NCBI GenBank assembly: GCA_012523075.1
Contig: JAAYJF010000075.1
Span: 21,009-85,008, forward strand
DNA from: Clostridiales bacterium
Lineage (GTDB): Bacteria; Bacillota; Clostridia; Ch29
Direction: 5' to 3'
DNA length: 64,000 nt
In this document: positions 40,074 through 53,696 of the stretch, piece by piece
How the letters are laid out: each line of letters opens with the position of its first letter
How positions within the stretch are numbered: the first letter of the stretch is position 1
The notes under the pieces: model-generated
Database searches by the model: none
Told to the model about the DNA's origin: nothing
What the model saw: only the letters and a program-made list of their open reading frames with translations
Position numbers and translations under genes: made by a program

Positions 40074-41204
40074 TTGATTGGAGTGGATGGATTGTACCTT
40101 AGGGAGCTTAAACTTATAAACTTCCGAAACTATAGGGAATCGGCTGTTAGTTTTTCACAGGGAATTAATTTTGTGGTGGGAAATAACGCCCAGGGCAAAA
40201 CAAACCTTGTGGAAGCCATATACCTGCTTTCGTCGGGAAGGTCCTATAGGACGCCGGTTGACAGCGAGTTGCTTAGATGGGGTGCCGATACCCTTTATAT
40301 AAAGGGCAGTGTGGTGGAAAACACAGGCGAAAAGTCCATAGAGATAGGCATAAGGGGTAACAATAAAAGCATTAAGGTTAACGGTGTGCAGCTTGTCAAA
40401 AGGGGTGAACTTTTCGGGAATCTTACAACGGTTATATTTTCCCCCGACGAGCTAAAATTGGTCAAGGAAGGCCCAAGCCACAGGAGAAAGTTTATGGACC
40501 AGGAAATAATTCAGATAAAACCAGCCTATTACTATGTTTTGACCAGCTACAATAAGGTATTGTACCAGAGGAATTCGTTTCTGAAAGCTTCAATGGCGGG
40601 CAGGTTTGATACCGATATCCTCGGGGTATGGGACAAGCAACTGGCCGAATATGGTGCCCGGCTTATCTATTACAGACAAAGATTTATAAAAAGGCTTTCA
40701 GGGTTTGCCAAATCAATGCACAGCAAGCTAACCAACGGCCAGGAGGACCTTGAGGTTACATACCAGTGCTGCATAGGGCAACAGCAAGAGGAAAGTCTTT
40801 CAGATATTCGGTCCTGGTTTTGTGGAAAACTTCAAAGCTGTAGGAGTAGGGATTTTAAAACCGGAGTGACCAACTTTGGTCCCCACAGAGAGGACCTGGG
40901 CGTCAGCGTGAACGGTATAGACGTTAGGAAATACGGGTCCCAGGGACAGCAGAGGACGGCAGCTCTGTCCATGAAACTTTCGGAGATAGAGCTGGTTAAG
41001 TCGGAGACTGGCGAGTATCCTGTGCTGCTTTTGGATGATGTTATGTCTGAGCTTGATCCTTTAAGGCAAAAATATATACTGGAAAACCTGGCCCGGGTGC
41101 AAACCTTTATCACCTGTACCCACCTTACCGGGGTCATGAAAAAAAGGAGCGACAGCGCTAAGGTTTTTCATGTGAATAGTGGTATAATAACTACGGAGGG
41201 CTGA
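40074..41204 (+). CDS. recF: DNA replication and repair protein RecF
   Basis: Walker A GNNAQGKTNL; signature; 376 aa. Confidence 0.95.
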   Translation: MIGVDGLYLRELKLINFRNYRESAVSFSQGINFVVGNNAQGKTNLVEAIYLLSSGRSYRTPVDSELLRWGADTLYIKGSVVENTGEKSIEIGIRGNNKSIKVNGVQLVKRGELFGNLTTVIFSPDELKLVKEGPSHRRKFMDQEIIQIKPAYYYVLTSYNKVLYQRNSFLKASMAGRFDTDILGVWDKQLAEYGARLIYYRQRFIKRLSGFAKSMHSKLTNGQEDLEVTYQCCIGQQQEESLSDIRSWFCGKLQSCRSRDFKTGVTNFGPHREDLGVSVNGIDVRKYGSQGQQRTAALSMKLSEIELVKSETGEYPVLLLDDVMSELDPLRQKYILENLARVQTFITCTHLTGVMKKRSDSAKVFHVNSGIITTEG

Positions 41205-41232
41205 TCGGCTCGGTTGTCAGGAGGAGATAAAG

Positions 41233-43519
<2,287 letters not shown>

Positions 43520-43531
43520 GGGGGAAAGAGC

Positions 43532-45955
43532 ATGACAGAGAAAAAGGACAATATTATCACGATAGACATACAACAGGAAATGAAAAAATCCTATATAGAT
43601 TATGCCATGAGCGTTATAGTAAGCAGAGCCCTCCCCGATGTAAGGGACGGCTTAAAACCGGTGCACCGGAGAATACTGTATGCTATGAGTGAACTGGGCC
43701 TTACTCCGGACAAACCCCACCGAAAATCCGCCCGGATAGTTGGGGATGTACTCGGTAAGTACCATCCCCATGGGGATACCGCTGTTTATGATGCAATGGT
43801 GAGGATGGCCCAAGACTTTTCAACAAGGCAGCCCCTTGTGGACGGGCACGGTAACTTTGGTTCCGTTGACGGGGACAGCGCCGCTGCCATGCGTTATACC
43901 GAAGCAAGAATGGCCAAAATAACCCTCGAGATGCTGAGGGATATAAACAAGGACACGGTGGACTTTATACCCAACTTTGACGAATCCTTGAAGGAACCAG
44001 CGGTTCTGCCATCCAGATTTCCTAATATACTGGTTAACGGAGCGTCGGGTATAGCGGTTGGTATGGCTACCAGCATACCTCCCCACAACCTGGGAGAGGT
44101 AATAGATGGTGTGATAAGGCTTATAGATTACCCTGATATTGGTATAAAGGACCTTACAAAGGTAATTAAGGGGCCGGATTTCCCTACTGGAGCAACCATA
44201 ATGGGTAAGAACGCAATAAGGGAAGCCTATGCCACCGGAAGGGGAAGGGTGACGGTACGGGCCAAGGCTACCATAGAGGCCTCATCGGGCAACCGGCACA
44301 GGATAATAGTCACCGAGATTCCCTACCAGGTCAACAAATCCAGAGTCATCGAAAGGATAGCCCAACTGGTTAGGGATAAAAAGATAGAAGGTATTTCGGA
44401 TATCCGGGATGAAACCGACAGAAAGGGCATGCGTATAGTAATTGAACTTAAAAGGGACGTAAACCCCCAGGTGGTGCTTAACCTGCTTTATAAGCATACC
44501 CAGTTGCAGGATACCTTCAGTATAATTATGATAGCCCTTGTGGATGGACAGCCCAGGGTTCTTAATCTAAAGGAAATACTGGAATACTACCTGGCCCACC
44601 AGAAGGATGTGGTGCGCAAAAGGACCATATACGACCTAAACAAGGCGGAGGAAAGGGCCCATATACTGGAGGGCCTTCGAATTGCCTTGGACAATATAGA
44701 CAGGGTTATTGCAATAATAAGGGGTTCCAAAACCGACCAGATAGCCAGGGACGGCCTTATGAAAGAGTTTGGCCTTTCGGAAAAACAGGCCCAGGCCATA
44801 CTGGATATGAGGCTTCGAAGGCTCACTGGGCTGGAACGGGATAAGATAGACGAGGAATATAATGAACTTCTTGAAAAAATCAGATATTATAAGGAAGTGC
44901 TGGAGAAGGAAGAGCTTTTGGAATCTATAATAAAGGAAGAAATGCTACAAATAAAGGCAAAGTTTGGCGATCTAAGGAGAACTAGTATAGCACCGGATGC
45001 CAAGGAATTCGATATAGAGGACCTTATTGAGGAACAGGAGGTGGCAGTAACCCTTACCCATTTCGGTTATATAAAAAGGGTGCCCGCCGAAACTTATCGC
45101 AGCCAGAGGCGGGGCGGAAGGGGAGTAACTGCGCTAACCACCAAAACCGAGGACTTTGTGGCGGAAATATTTACTACCTCCACGCACAGTTTCATTTTGT
45201 TTTTCACCAATCGGGGGAGGGTGTACCGGCTAAAGGCCTACGAGATTCCTGAGGCGGGAAGGCATGCAAGAGGTACCGCCATAGTAAATCTACTACAGCT
45301 TTCAGGCAATGAAACCATCACCGCTGTTATTCCCATAAGGGAAGTTGAAGAGGAAAAATTTATGCTATTTGCAACCAGGCGAGGCATGGTAAAGAAAACA
45401 CCCTTAAACGAATACGCTTCCAACAGGAAACACGGGCTTCAGGCCATAGACTTGCTGGACGGGGACGAGCTGATAGGTGTAAAGCTTACCACAGGCAGCG
45501 ATCATGTATTATTGGCTACTAAAAAGGGTTATTCAATAAGGTTTAGCGAGAAAGACGTAAGAAGCATGGGCAGATATACCCGGGGAGTTAGGGGTATAGC
45601 CCTTGGCGGCGATGACCAGGTGGTGGGGATGGAATTGGTAAGGGAGGGCGCAGACCTTCTAATCGTTACCGTAAAGGGTTTTGGAAAGAGAACAGAGCTG
45701 GAGGAATACGGGCTGCAAAAAAGAGGCGGCAAAGGGCTAAAGACCTATAGGATAACCCGTAAGACAGGAGACATTGTAGGCATAAAAGTGGTGGACGAGC
45801 ACAACGATATAATGCTTATCACCAAAAAGGGTGTAGTAATAAGGCTTAATGTTAACGAAATCTCAAGGATGGGAAGAATTACCCAGGGTGTAACCCTTAT
45901 GAAGTTTGATAAGGACCAGACGGTGGTATCCATCGCCAGAATTGAAAAGGACTAA
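43532..45955 (+). CDS. gyrA: DNA gyrase subunit A
   Basis: Catalytic region [10 protein letters not shown]; GyrA box; 807 aa. Confidence 0.98.
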   Translation: MTEKKDNIITIDIQQEMKKSYIDYAMSVIVSRALPDVRDGLKPVHRRILYAMSELGLTPDKPHRKSARIVGDVLGKYHPHGDTAVYDAMVRMAQDFSTRQPLVDGHGNFGSVDGDSAAAMRYTEARMAKITLEMLRDINKDTVDFIPNFDESLKEPAVLPSRFPNILVNGASGIAVGMATSIPPHNLGEVIDGVIRLIDYPDIGIKDLTKVIKGPDFPTGATIMGKNAIREAYATGRGRVTVRAKATIEASSGNRHRIIVTEIPYQVNKSRVIERIAQLVRDKKIEGISDIRDETDRKGMRIVIELKRDVNPQVVLNLLYKHTQLQDTFSIIMIALVDGQPRVLNLKEILEYYLAHQKDVVRKRTIYDLNKAEERAHILEGLRIALDNIDRVIAIIRGSKTDQIARDGLMKEFGLSEKQAQAILDMRLRRLTGLERDKIDEEYNELLEKIRYYKEVLEKEELLESIIKEEMLQIKAKFGDLRRTSIAPDAKEFDIEDLIEEQEVAVTLTHFGYIKRVPAETYRSQRRGGRGVTALTTKTEDFVAEIFTTSTHSFILFFTNRGRVYRLKAYEIPEAGRHARGTAIVNLLQLSGNETITAVIPIREVEEEKFMLFATRRGMVKKTPLNEYASNRKHGLQAIDLLDGDELIGVKLTTGSDHVLLATKKGYSIRFSEKDVRSMGRYTRGVRGIALGGDDQVVGMELVREGADLLIVTVKGFGKRTELEEYGLQKRGGKGLKTYRITRKTGDIVGIKVVDEHNDIMLITKKGVVIRLNVNEISRMGRITQGVTLMKFDKDQTVVSIARIEKD

Positions 45956-45958
45956 GTT

Positions 45959-45990
45959 AAAGGCCCCTTTTACAGGGGCCTTAGTTTTAA
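45959..45990 (+). terminator. Rho-independent terminator after gyrA
   Basis: AGGCCCCT TTTAC AGGGGCCT hairpin followed by TAGTTTT. Confidence 0.65.
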
Positions 45991-46000
45991 CTATTCTTAA

Positions 46001-46188
46001 TATACAACGCACTAATAGTATTGCATTCCTTTATCTGTAATTCTGAAGAAGCGAAGCCCGAAGAACCCGGCTCTGTCATTGTGAACGTAGTGAAGAATCC
46101 GACGCCGTCGCTTAAGAGGGCGAAGCCCGAAGAATCTGACTACCGTTACGCTGGAGATGATACACTAGAAGATGTAAAGTTTTAAATG
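46001..46188 (+). repeat. Dispersed composite intergenic repeat, copy 3
   Basis: TATACAACGCACTAATAGTATTGCATTCCTTTATCTGTAATTCTGAAGAAGCGAAGCCCGAAGAAC ... GGCGAAGCCCGAAGAATCTGAC ... GATGTAAAGTTTTAAATG. Collinear with copy 1. Confidence 0.6.
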
Positions 46189-46337
46189 TGCTATGTGTTG
46201 AAAACCTGTAAAATGGTCGTGATGCGGCAAAACCCTGTGGATTTTTGGTATAATGGTGTGTGAAAATGAAACAGGGGGGTATGAATAATATGTGCAGTCT
46301 GAATTCTTATAATAAAAACGGTGGAGGAGAATATAAT

Positions 46338-46604
46338 ATGAAGCTTAAGGGTGAAATAGACATTTACACCGCAGCGGAGTTTAAGAAACAACTGAATACC
46401 GCCATAGATGAAGGACGGGGGGATTTACACTTAGACTGTAGCGAGTTGCAGTATATGGACAGCACCGGCCTGGGGGTTCTAATAGGCGCACTTAAAAGAA
46501 TGAAGGAGCAGGATAGAAATATTTACCTGGCAAACCTTAAACCCAACGTGCGCAAACTGTTCAGCATTACAGGTCTTGATAAAATATTCATTCTGGAGGT
46601 ATGA
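46338..46604 (+). CDS. Anti-sigma-factor antagonist (STAS domain, RsbV/SpoIIAA family)
   Basis: MKLKGEIDIYTAAEFKKQL..LDCSELQYMDSTGLGVLIG.. with a phosphorylatable Ser in DSTGLG; GGAGGAG ribosome-binding site. Confidence 0.8.
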   Translation: MKLKGEIDIYTAAEFKKQLNTAIDEGRGDLHLDCSELQYMDSTGLGVLIGALKRMKEQDRNIYLANLKPNVRKLFSITGLDKIFILEV

Positions 46605-46608
46605 TTTG

Positions 46609-47061
46609 ATGTCACTGGTTGATAGTGTACAAAACGAGGCAGTAAGAAACGATTGCGAGGACCAGGTGGTTTTAGTATTGCCAAACAAGCCGGAATATGT
46701 GAGCGTGGCAAGGTTGGCAGCATCTGGCATAGCCAGCAGGATGGGGTTTGATGTGGAGACGGTGGAGGACATTAAACTTGCCCTGGCCGAGGCCTGTACC
46801 AATGCGATAAAACATGGGTGCTGCGAAGAGTACAATGAATACACAATAGAATTCGGTATCGGCCAAAAATGCCTGACCATCAGCATAGCGGACAGGGGTT
46901 GCGGGATAGACAAAAAGAAAATATGCCAGCCTGATTTACAAAATCCCAGGGAAGGGGGTTTAGGCATATTTATTATAAATACCCTTATGGACCAGGTGGA
47001 TTTTGAAACTGCGCCTGACGCCGGGTTTACCATTACTATGAAAAAATACCTGGGGGTATAG
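46609..47061 (+). CDS. Anti-sigma factor / serine-protein kinase (RsbW/SpoIIAB family, GHKL)
   Basis: ..EACTNAIKHG.. N-box and G-boxes; start overlaps the upstream stop (GGAGGT ribosome-binding site). Confidence 0.8.
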   Translation: MSLVDSVQNEAVRNDCEDQVVLVLPNKPEYVSVARLAASGIASRMGFDVETVEDIKLALAEACTNAIKHGCCEEYNEYTIEFGIGQKCLTISIADRGCGIDKKKICQPDLQNPREGGLGIFIINTLMDQVDFETAPDAGFTITMKKYLGV

Positions 47062-47063
47062 CT

Positions 47064-47849
47064 ATGAATATGGATGATAAGAGGGGGACGGCCGCAGACC
47101 ACCAGCCCCGGACAGAGGACCGGGAATACGAAATGTTCGCCCATTACAGGGGGAACAGGACCCGGGAAAACAGAAACAAGATTTTTCAAGAATACGTGTA
47201 CCTAGCAGAGATACTTGCAAAAAAATACTTGAACAGGGGCGTTGATTACCAGGACCTTTTCCAGATAGCCTCCATAGGACTTATTAACGCTATCGAAAGG
47301 TTTGATATAGACAGGGGATTTAAGTTTACCAGTTTTGCCACTCCCACAATAATAGGTGAGATAAAGAAATACTTCAGGGATAAGGAATGGATGATAAGGG
47401 TGCCAAGGCGTATTCAAAAGCTGTCCAGCAAGATTAACGATGCAAAGGAAGCCTTGACACAGCAGTTGGGGCGAAGCCCAGGCATCCCGGAGCTGGCGGA
47501 GTACCTTTTGGTGAGCGAGGAGGAGCTGCTGGAGGCAATGGAAGCAGGGGGAGTATATTCTCCACAGTCCCTTGATGAGCCCTACAGCGATGACAGGGAT
47601 AAAGGGATTTCGCTGGGCGATATTATTGGTACCGTGGATACCAACTTGGAATGGGTGGATAATCGGGACTTTATAAAAAGAACCATCAGCAAACTGGATG
47701 CCAACGAATTCAAGGTGTTAAAGGACAGGTATTTCAAAGGCAGGACCCAGTCCCAGATAGCCAAGGACCTAAAAGTTTCACAGATGACAATTTCCCGATT
47801 GGAAAAGAGGATAATTGAAAAATTCAGGCAGGAACTTATGACCATTTAA
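47064..47849 (+). CDS. Sigma-70-family alternative sigma factor, SigB-like (partner-switching regulated)
   Basis: Regions 2-4 are present. ..TPTIIGEIKKYFRDKEWMIRVPRRIQKLSSKI..RSPGIPELAEYL.. resembles SigB more than SigF/SigG. Confidence 0.75.
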   Translation: MNMDDKRGTAADHQPRTEDREYEMFAHYRGNRTRENRNKIFQEYVYLAEILAKKYLNRGVDYQDLFQIASIGLINAIERFDIDRGFKFTSFATPTIIGEIKKYFRDKEWMIRVPRRIQKLSSKINDAKEALTQQLGRSPGIPELAEYLLVSEEELLEAMEAGGVYSPQSLDEPYSDDRDKGISLGDIIGTVDTNLEWVDNRDFIKRTISKLDANEFKVLKDRYFKGRTQSQIAKDLKVSQMTISRLEKRIIEKFRQELMTI

Positions 47850-48181
47850 AATCATAAAGCGCCAATATGAATAAAAAACTGACGTCTTTAACCGGTATAG
47901 CGGCAAAAGATGGGCGGTTTTTTCTTTTTGCATCTCATTTTAATTTAGCAGGTATTTTTAAAAAAAGAAGGATTCTTTTTGATTATGTAGAATAGTAATC
48001 AATACTCACTCGCAAAAACCATTGATTATGATATGATTAAAAGGACTGTTAACAAAATAAAGAACGTGTCCATAACTTGTGCTTATCGATACGGACCGGA
48101 TGAATGGGCATCGGAAATGCCTGTTTTCTGTTTGTGGTAAAAATCGGCGGAATATTAAAGCCGACGGCTTTAATATAAATG

Positions 48182-48202
48182 GAATTGCAGATATTGCAAT
48201 TC
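48182..48202. promoter_or_regulatory. Inverted repeat GAATTGCA-GATAT-TGCAATTC upstream of the ABC transporter operon (candidate operator)
   Basis: Perfect 8-bp arms, ~90 bp upstream of the lipoprotein gene start. Confidence 0.3.
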
Positions 48203-48290
48203 TATATATAACTGGGGGAGAGGGGTGAGTTAGTAAAAATATCTGTTAATTGGAATAAAGCTTTAAAAAGATTAAAGGAGGGGTTTTTTA

Positions 48291-49451
48291 ATGACGAAGA
48301 AATATTTAGCTTTTTTGCTTATAGCAATAATGGTATTAGGCATGGTTGCATGTACACCTAGTCAGCCGGCCGAAACGGGCGGTGAGGAACCGGCGGATGA
48401 GCCTGCCGATAAATGGAAGATTGGTATAATGACCAATACCGTTGTCCAGAACGAGGAAGAGTACAGGGCGGCTCAGAACGTACTTGCCAAGTACGGGGAA
48501 GAGCACGTAATACACATGACCTTCCCGGATAAGTTCATGGACGAGCAGGAAACCACGATAGCTAACCTGGTAAGTATGGCTTCGGATCCGGACCTTAAAG
48601 CTCTGGTTATCTGCCAGGCTGTTCCGGGAACATCACCGGGTATTGACAGCATAAAGGAAATAAGGGACGACCTTCTTATTATAGCAGGTCAGCCCCAGGA
48701 AGACCCGCCTATAATATCCAGCAGGGCTGACTTAGTACTCCAGCTGGATGAGATGGGAATGGGTTATTCAATACCCGCCCAGGCAAAGAAACAGGGTGCG
48801 GAGGTTTTCGTACACTATTCCTTCCCAAGGCATATGTCCTATCCTCTTCTCTCAGGCAGAAGGGATTTAATGAAAGAGGAATGCGCAAGGCTTGGTCTTG
48901 AATTTGTGGATGCCACAGCTCCTGACCCCACAGGGGATGCAGGCGTATCGGGAACTCAGCAGTTCATCCTTGAGGACGTTCCGAGGATGGTTGACAAGTA
49001 TGGCAAGAATACTGCGTTCTTTAGCACAAACTGTGCAATGCAGGTGCCGCTTATAAGCGCTGTGGTGGACACCGGCGCGATATACCCGCAGCCCTGCTGC
49101 CCGTCGCCCTACCACGGTTTCCCGTCAGCCCTGGGTATAGAAATACCTGAGGACAAACAGGGTGATATTGGTTATGTTGTGGACGAGATTACCAGAATCA
49201 TGGCCGAAAAGGATATGACCGGAAGGACCTCAACCTGGCCGGTGCCTGTTTCCATGATGTTTATCGAAGGTTCCGCCGAGTATGCCATAGATTGGATCAA
49301 TGGCGAGTTCCAAGAAAAAATTGACATTGAAAGATTACAGCAAAAGTTCCTCGAATACTCCGGGGTTGAATCTACGTTAACCGTTCTGGAAGAAGGCGGC
49401 GTTACCTATGACAACTACTACTGCATCCTGATGGACTTCCTGGATTTCTAA
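48291..49451 (+). CDS. Lipoprotein, periplasmic-binding-protein-like (DUF3798-like), putative substrate-binding component
   Basis: Lipoprotein signal ..VLGMVACTP; 386 aa; first gene of the ABC operon. Confidence 0.55.
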   Translation: MTKKYLAFLLIAIMVLGMVACTPSQPAETGGEEPADEPADKWKIGIMTNTVVQNEEEYRAAQNVLAKYGEEHVIHMTFPDKFMDEQETTIANLVSMASDPDLKALVICQAVPGTSPGIDSIKEIRDDLLIIAGQPQEDPPIISSRADLVLQLDEMGMGYSIPAQAKKQGAEVFVHYSFPRHMSYPLLSGRRDLMKEECARLGLEFVDATAPDPTGDAGVSGTQQFILEDVPRMVDKYGKNTAFFSTNCAMQVPLISAVVDTGAIYPQPCCPSPYHGFPSALGIEIPEDKQGDIGYVVDEITRIMAEKDMTGRTSTWPVPVSMMFIEGSAEYAIDWINGEFQEKIDIERLQQKFLEYSGVESTLTVLEEGGVTYDNYYCILMDFLDF

Positions 49452-49599
49452 AAGGTTAATAAAAGGGACCTTTGCCGCGCCGAGGGTAATAAACCTTTCG
49501 GTGCGGCTGTGCCCTTTTGGGAGGACATTCAAACAGGAAGGTAAGGTTGCCAATAAGGCGGCCTTACCTTTTGATTGAATTTATAAGGTGGTGACCCGA

Positions 49600-51207
49600 A
49601 TGGAAACAGAATACGTTCTACAAATGAAAAATATAGAAAAGGAGTATTACGGAAACAAAGTTCTAAAGGGAGTAGACCTTTCGGTCAAACCGGGAGAAAT
49701 TCATGCTCTCATCGGAGAAAATGGTGCCGGCAAATCCACGCTTATGAATGTACTTTTTGGAATGCCGGTTATACATTCCACCGGAGGGTTTTCTGGGGAA
49801 GTCTATATTAACGGAGAGAAAACGGATATAAAATCACCTTTGCAGGCTATGGAGACAGGTATCGGGATGGTACACCAGGAGTTTATGCTTATACCGGAGT
49901 TTACCATTACCGAGAACATAAAGCTTAACAGGGAGATAACTAAGGAAAATTTCTTAAGCAGGGCGTTTAAAAACAAGGGACTTAAGACCCTGGACACAAG
50001 AGCGATGAATAATGACGCCAGAAAAGCCCTGGACAGGTTAGGACTTGGTATTGATGAATGGGCGACGGTGGCGGGGCTTCCTGTAGGGCATATGCAGTTT
50101 GTGGAGATTGCCAGGGAAATAGATAAAACCGGATTAAAGCTCTTGGTGTTTGATGAGCCTACTGCGGTGCTTGCCGAGAGCGAAGCCGACAACCTTATAG
50201 AAGGCATGAAAAGACTTGCGGCTTCGGGAATAGCCATACTCTTTATAACCCACAGGCTTAACGAGGTATTGCAGGCGGCGGACAACATCACTGTCCTCAG
50301 GGACGGCGAACTGGTTGCCACAAGGAAAAAGGGAGATACAGAAGTGGCAGAGCTTGCCGAGCTTATGGTAGGAAGAAAGATCGATATAAACGGCAAGAAG
50401 GGACAGGAAGAACACGATACCGAAAAGGAAGTAGTCCTAAAGATTAAGAACTTGCACGTTGATATGCCCGGCGAGAAGGTAAAGGGAGTCAACTTGGAGA
50501 TATACAAGGGAGAAATATTTGGAATTGGAGGACTTGCCGGCCAGGGCAAGGTGGGTATCGCAAACGGAATTATGGGGCTTTATTCAAGCACCGGAGAGAT
50601 ACTATTAAAGGGAGAAAAGCTTCAGCTTAACAATACCATGGGTGCCTTAAACAAAGGCCTTGCATTTGTCTCGGAGGACAGGAGAGGTGTGGGGCTGCTG
50701 CTGGATTCCTCAATAGAACTAAATATTGCAGTCACCACCATGCATGTTAAGAATAAGTATCTTAAAAAAGTGGGCTTTCTTGACCAGTTAGACGGCAGGG
50801 CAATAAGGGAACATGCAAACAAAATGATAAAGGACCTGGATATAAGATGTACAGGACCTTGGCAGCTTACAAGGCAGCTTTCGGGAGGAAACCAGCAGAA
50901 GGTATGTGTTGCCAGAGCCCTGACCCTTGACCCTGAGGTGCTGTTCGTTTCCGAACCTACGCGGGGTATAGACATAGGAGCGAAAAAACTGGTGCTTGAC
51001 CTGCTGGTAAAACTAAACCAGGAACTGGGAATGACCATAGTTATGACCTCCAGCGAGCTGGTTGAGCTGCGGTCCATATGTGACAGGATAGCAATTATAT
51101 CCGGTGGCCAGGTTGAAGGCATTCTTAAACCCGGTGCCAGCGACAGAGACTTCGGACTTATGATGGCCGGTGAATATAGAAAGATGCACAATAAGGAGGC
51201 CATGTGA
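49600..51207 (+). CDS. ABC transporter ATP-binding protein (duplicated ATPase, CUT2/nucleoside-sugar type)
   Basis: Two Walker A motifs (GENGAGKST, second degenerate) and two LSGG signatures; AGGTGGTG ribosome-binding site. Confidence 0.9.
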   Translation: METEYVLQMKNIEKEYYGNKVLKGVDLSVKPGEIHALIGENGAGKSTLMNVLFGMPVIHSTGGFSGEVYINGEKTDIKSPLQAMETGIGMVHQEFMLIPEFTITENIKLNREITKENFLSRAFKNKGLKTLDTRAMNNDARKALDRLGLGIDEWATVAGLPVGHMQFVEIAREIDKTGLKLLVFDEPTAVLAESEADNLIEGMKRLAASGIAILFITHRLNEVLQAADNITVLRDGELVATRKKGDTEVAELAELMVGRKIDINGKKGQEEHDTEKEVVLKIKNLHVDMPGEKVKGVNLEIYKGEIFGIGGLAGQGKVGIANGIMGLYSSTGEILLKGEKLQLNNTMGALNKGLAFVSEDRRGVGLLLDSSIELNIAVTTMHVKNKYLKKVGFLDQLDGRAIREHANKMIKDLDIRCTGPWQLTRQLSGGNQQKVCVARALTLDPEVLFVSEPTRGIDIGAKKLVLDLLVKLNQELGMTIVMTSSELVELRSICDRIAIISGGQVEGILKPGASDRDFGLMMAGEYRKMHNKEAM

Positions 51208-51208
51208 T

Positions 51209-52246
51209 ATGAAAAAATTTATAGAAAAGATTGGCCTTCCAAGGCTTATAATCACGCTTATGTTCATAGGCATTTGTATAGCTGCAGTGGTTTTAAAGCT
51301 TCCCTTCGGCATGCTGACCTCAGACGTAATACGAAGGTTCGGTATGTTTGGAGTGCTGGCACTGGCCATGGTGCCGTCAATACAGTGCGGTACCGGACCT
51401 AACTTTGCCCTCCCCATAGGCATTATATGCGGGCTGCTGGGCAGCCTTATAGCTATAGAACTAGGGCTTACTTCCAAGGCGCTGGGCTATGGATTTATAT
51501 CTTCGGTCCTGATATCCCTGCCCCTTGCGGTGCTTACCGGCTGGGCCTACGGACTTTTGCTCAACAAGATTAAGGGCTCCGAGATGCTGGTGGCCACCTA
51601 TACCGGTTTCTCCATCGTTTCCTTTATGCAGATAGGTTGGGTTACACTGCCCTTTAAGCATCCGGAGATGATTTGGCCCATTGGTAAGGGGCTTAGGGTT
51701 ACCGTATCGCTGGATTCAACATTCGGGGAGATTTTAAACAATTTCTTGGGATTTGAAATAGGCTCAGTCTATATTCCGACCGGGCTTTTGCTGTTCTTCT
51801 TTGGTTGCTGCGCAGCGGTGTGGCTGTTTTCCAGAAGCAAAATGGGAACCGAGATGTATACCGCGGGGGCTAATCCCAAGTTTGCCGCCGCATCGGGAAT
51901 TAATGTGGACAAAAACAGGGTTATAGGAACAATCCTGTCGACGGTTATAGGTGCTGTGGGTATAATTGTATATTCCCTCAGTTTCGGTTATCTTCAGCTT
52001 TACCTTGCACCTCTTTATATGGCTTTCCCGGCCGTTGCGGCGGTTCTTATAGGCGGTGCATCCACAAGAAAGGTAAAAATATCCCATGTGCTTATTGGGA
52101 CATTTCTGTTCCAGGGTATGCTTACCATTGCGGTGCCTGTGGCCAATCAGATGTTCCCCGAAGGCAATCTTTCAGAAGTATTGAGGCAGATTGTACAGAA
52201 CGGCATAATACTTTATGCACTCACTAAGGTTGGGGGTGAAGCATAA
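51209..52246 (+). CDS. ABC transporter permease (BMP/sugar-type)
   Basis: Polytopic membrane protein; start MKKFIEKIG.. with an AAGGAGG ribosome-binding site. Overlaps the ATPase stop. Confidence 0.85.
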   Translation: MKKFIEKIGLPRLIITLMFIGICIAAVVLKLPFGMLTSDVIRRFGMFGVLALAMVPSIQCGTGPNFALPIGIICGLLGSLIAIELGLTSKALGYGFISSVLISLPLAVLTGWAYGLLLNKIKGSEMLVATYTGFSIVSFMQIGWVTLPFKHPEMIWPIGKGLRVTVSLDSTFGEILNNFLGFEIGSVYIPTGLLLFFFGCCAAVWLFSRSKMGTEMYTAGANPKFAAASGINVDKNRVIGTILSTVIGAVGIIVYSLSFGYLQLYLAPLYMAFPAVAAVLIGGASTRKVKISHVLIGTFLFQGMLTIAVPVANQMFPEGNLSEVLRQIVQNGIILYALTKVGGEA

Positions 52247-53553
52247 TGGCCCAGATCAGTAACGAAAAAACCGTAAAAACAAACAGGCCAAGCACTACAA
52301 CCAGCATTAAGAGGCTTTTGTTTGACTACAGCGTGCCCGTTCTGTTTATAATAATATGTCTTATTGGGGTTTATTTTTCGGAATTGCCTGCGGTATTCAT
52401 AGTGAATACATTGCTCACCAGGATAACAAGGAATTCATTCATGGTTCTCGCTTTGGTGCTGCCGGTAATAGCTGGGCTGGGACTTAACTTCGGTCTGGTC
52501 ATAGGGGCAATGGCAGGACAGTTTGGGATACTGATAGTAACCCACTTAAAAATCGGTGGGTTCCCGGGTTTCCTACTGTGCCTTCTGCTGTCCACTCCCT
52601 TTGCTATACTTTTCGGACTTATGACAGCCAGGCTGCTTAACAGGACCAAGGGCCAGGAAATGATATCAAGCATGATCGCGGGTTTCTTTGCAAACGGAGC
52701 CTATCAGTTTGTTCTGCTGTTCCTTGTGGGAACGCTGATACCCATTAAGAACCCCGACCTTGTACTGACCCGGGGTATAGGCATAAAGAATACCATAGAC
52801 CTGACAACCGAGTACGGGCTGAAATATTCCATTGACGCCGTTTTTGAATATCCGTTGTTTTACATCCTGGCGGGAGTTGGCGCAATAGCCGGCCTGGTTG
52901 CGATTATCGACTATACTATAAAGAGCAAAAAAGCTCCGGAACGGATTGATAAATTTAAATTTGCCACCCGGCTGGTGGTATCCGGTGCAATCCTCGGGGT
53001 AAGCCTCTGGGTGATAATGTCCGGGTCCATGCTTAATTCGGTTAAACTCCCCGTTGCCACCAGCATTATGATAGCACTGCTCTGGGCGTTCAACGTCCTT
53101 ATAATGAAGACCAAGCTGGGACAGGATTTCAGGACAGTGGGGCACAACATGGACATAGCAAAGATTTCGGGCGTGAACGTCGACAAGACAAGAACCATCG
53201 CGATGATAATATCCACGGTACTTGCTGCCTGGGGCCAGGTAATATTCCTGCAGAATATCGGGACGCTGTCCACCTACGGCAGCCACGTTCAGATTGCTAC
53301 CTTTGCCATTGCCTCAATCCTTTTGGGCGGTGCATCGGTTACCAAGGCAACCAGCGGCCAGGCAATCCTGGGTGTCATTTTGTTCCATACGCTGTTTATA
53401 GTATCTCCCAAGGCCGGTAACAACCTGTTCGGAGACGCGCAGATAGGCGAGTTCTTCAGGGCCTTCGTATCCTATGGTGTTATAGGCGTAGCCTTAGGAT
53501 TGCACGCATGGAACAAAAGAGTCCAAGCCCTTAGAAGGCAGCTTGATGTATAG
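52246..53553 (+). CDS. ABC transporter permease (second subunit)
   Basis: Polytopic; ATGA overlap with the upstream permease stop. Confidence 0.85.
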   Translation: MAQISNEKTVKTNRPSTTTSIKRLLFDYSVPVLFIIICLIGVYFSELPAVFIVNTLLTRITRNSFMVLALVLPVIAGLGLNFGLVIGAMAGQFGILIVTHLKIGGFPGFLLCLLLSTPFAILFGLMTARLLNRTKGQEMISSMIAGFFANGAYQFVLLFLVGTLIPIKNPDLVLTRGIGIKNTIDLTTEYGLKYSIDAVFEYPLFYILAGVGAIAGLVAIIDYTIKSKKAPERIDKFKFATRLVVSGAILGVSLWVIMSGSMLNSVKLPVATSIMIALLWAFNVLIMKTKLGQDFRTVGHNMDIAKISGVNVDKTRTIAMIISTVLAAWGQVIFLQNIGTLSTYGSHVQIATFAIASILLGGASVTKATSGQAILGVILFHTLFIVSPKAGNNLFGDAQIGEFFRAFVSYGVIGVALGLHAWNKRVQALRRQLDV

Positions 53554-53561
53554 CATTCAAA

Positions 53562-53606
53562 ACGCGGCAGGGAAGACCTACAGCCTGTCGCGTTTTTTTA
53601 TTTTTT
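53562..53606 (+). terminator. Rho-independent terminator after the ABC operon
   Basis: ACGCGGCAGG ... CCTGTCGCGT stem followed by TTTTTTTATTTTTT. Confidence 0.6.
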
Positions 53607-53696
53607 GCAATAATATCCGTTATTACGCTCCGGCGCGTTTTAATGTGGTATAATTCAATTATGATTATGGGGAAACATACACTTTTGTGAGGTGGC

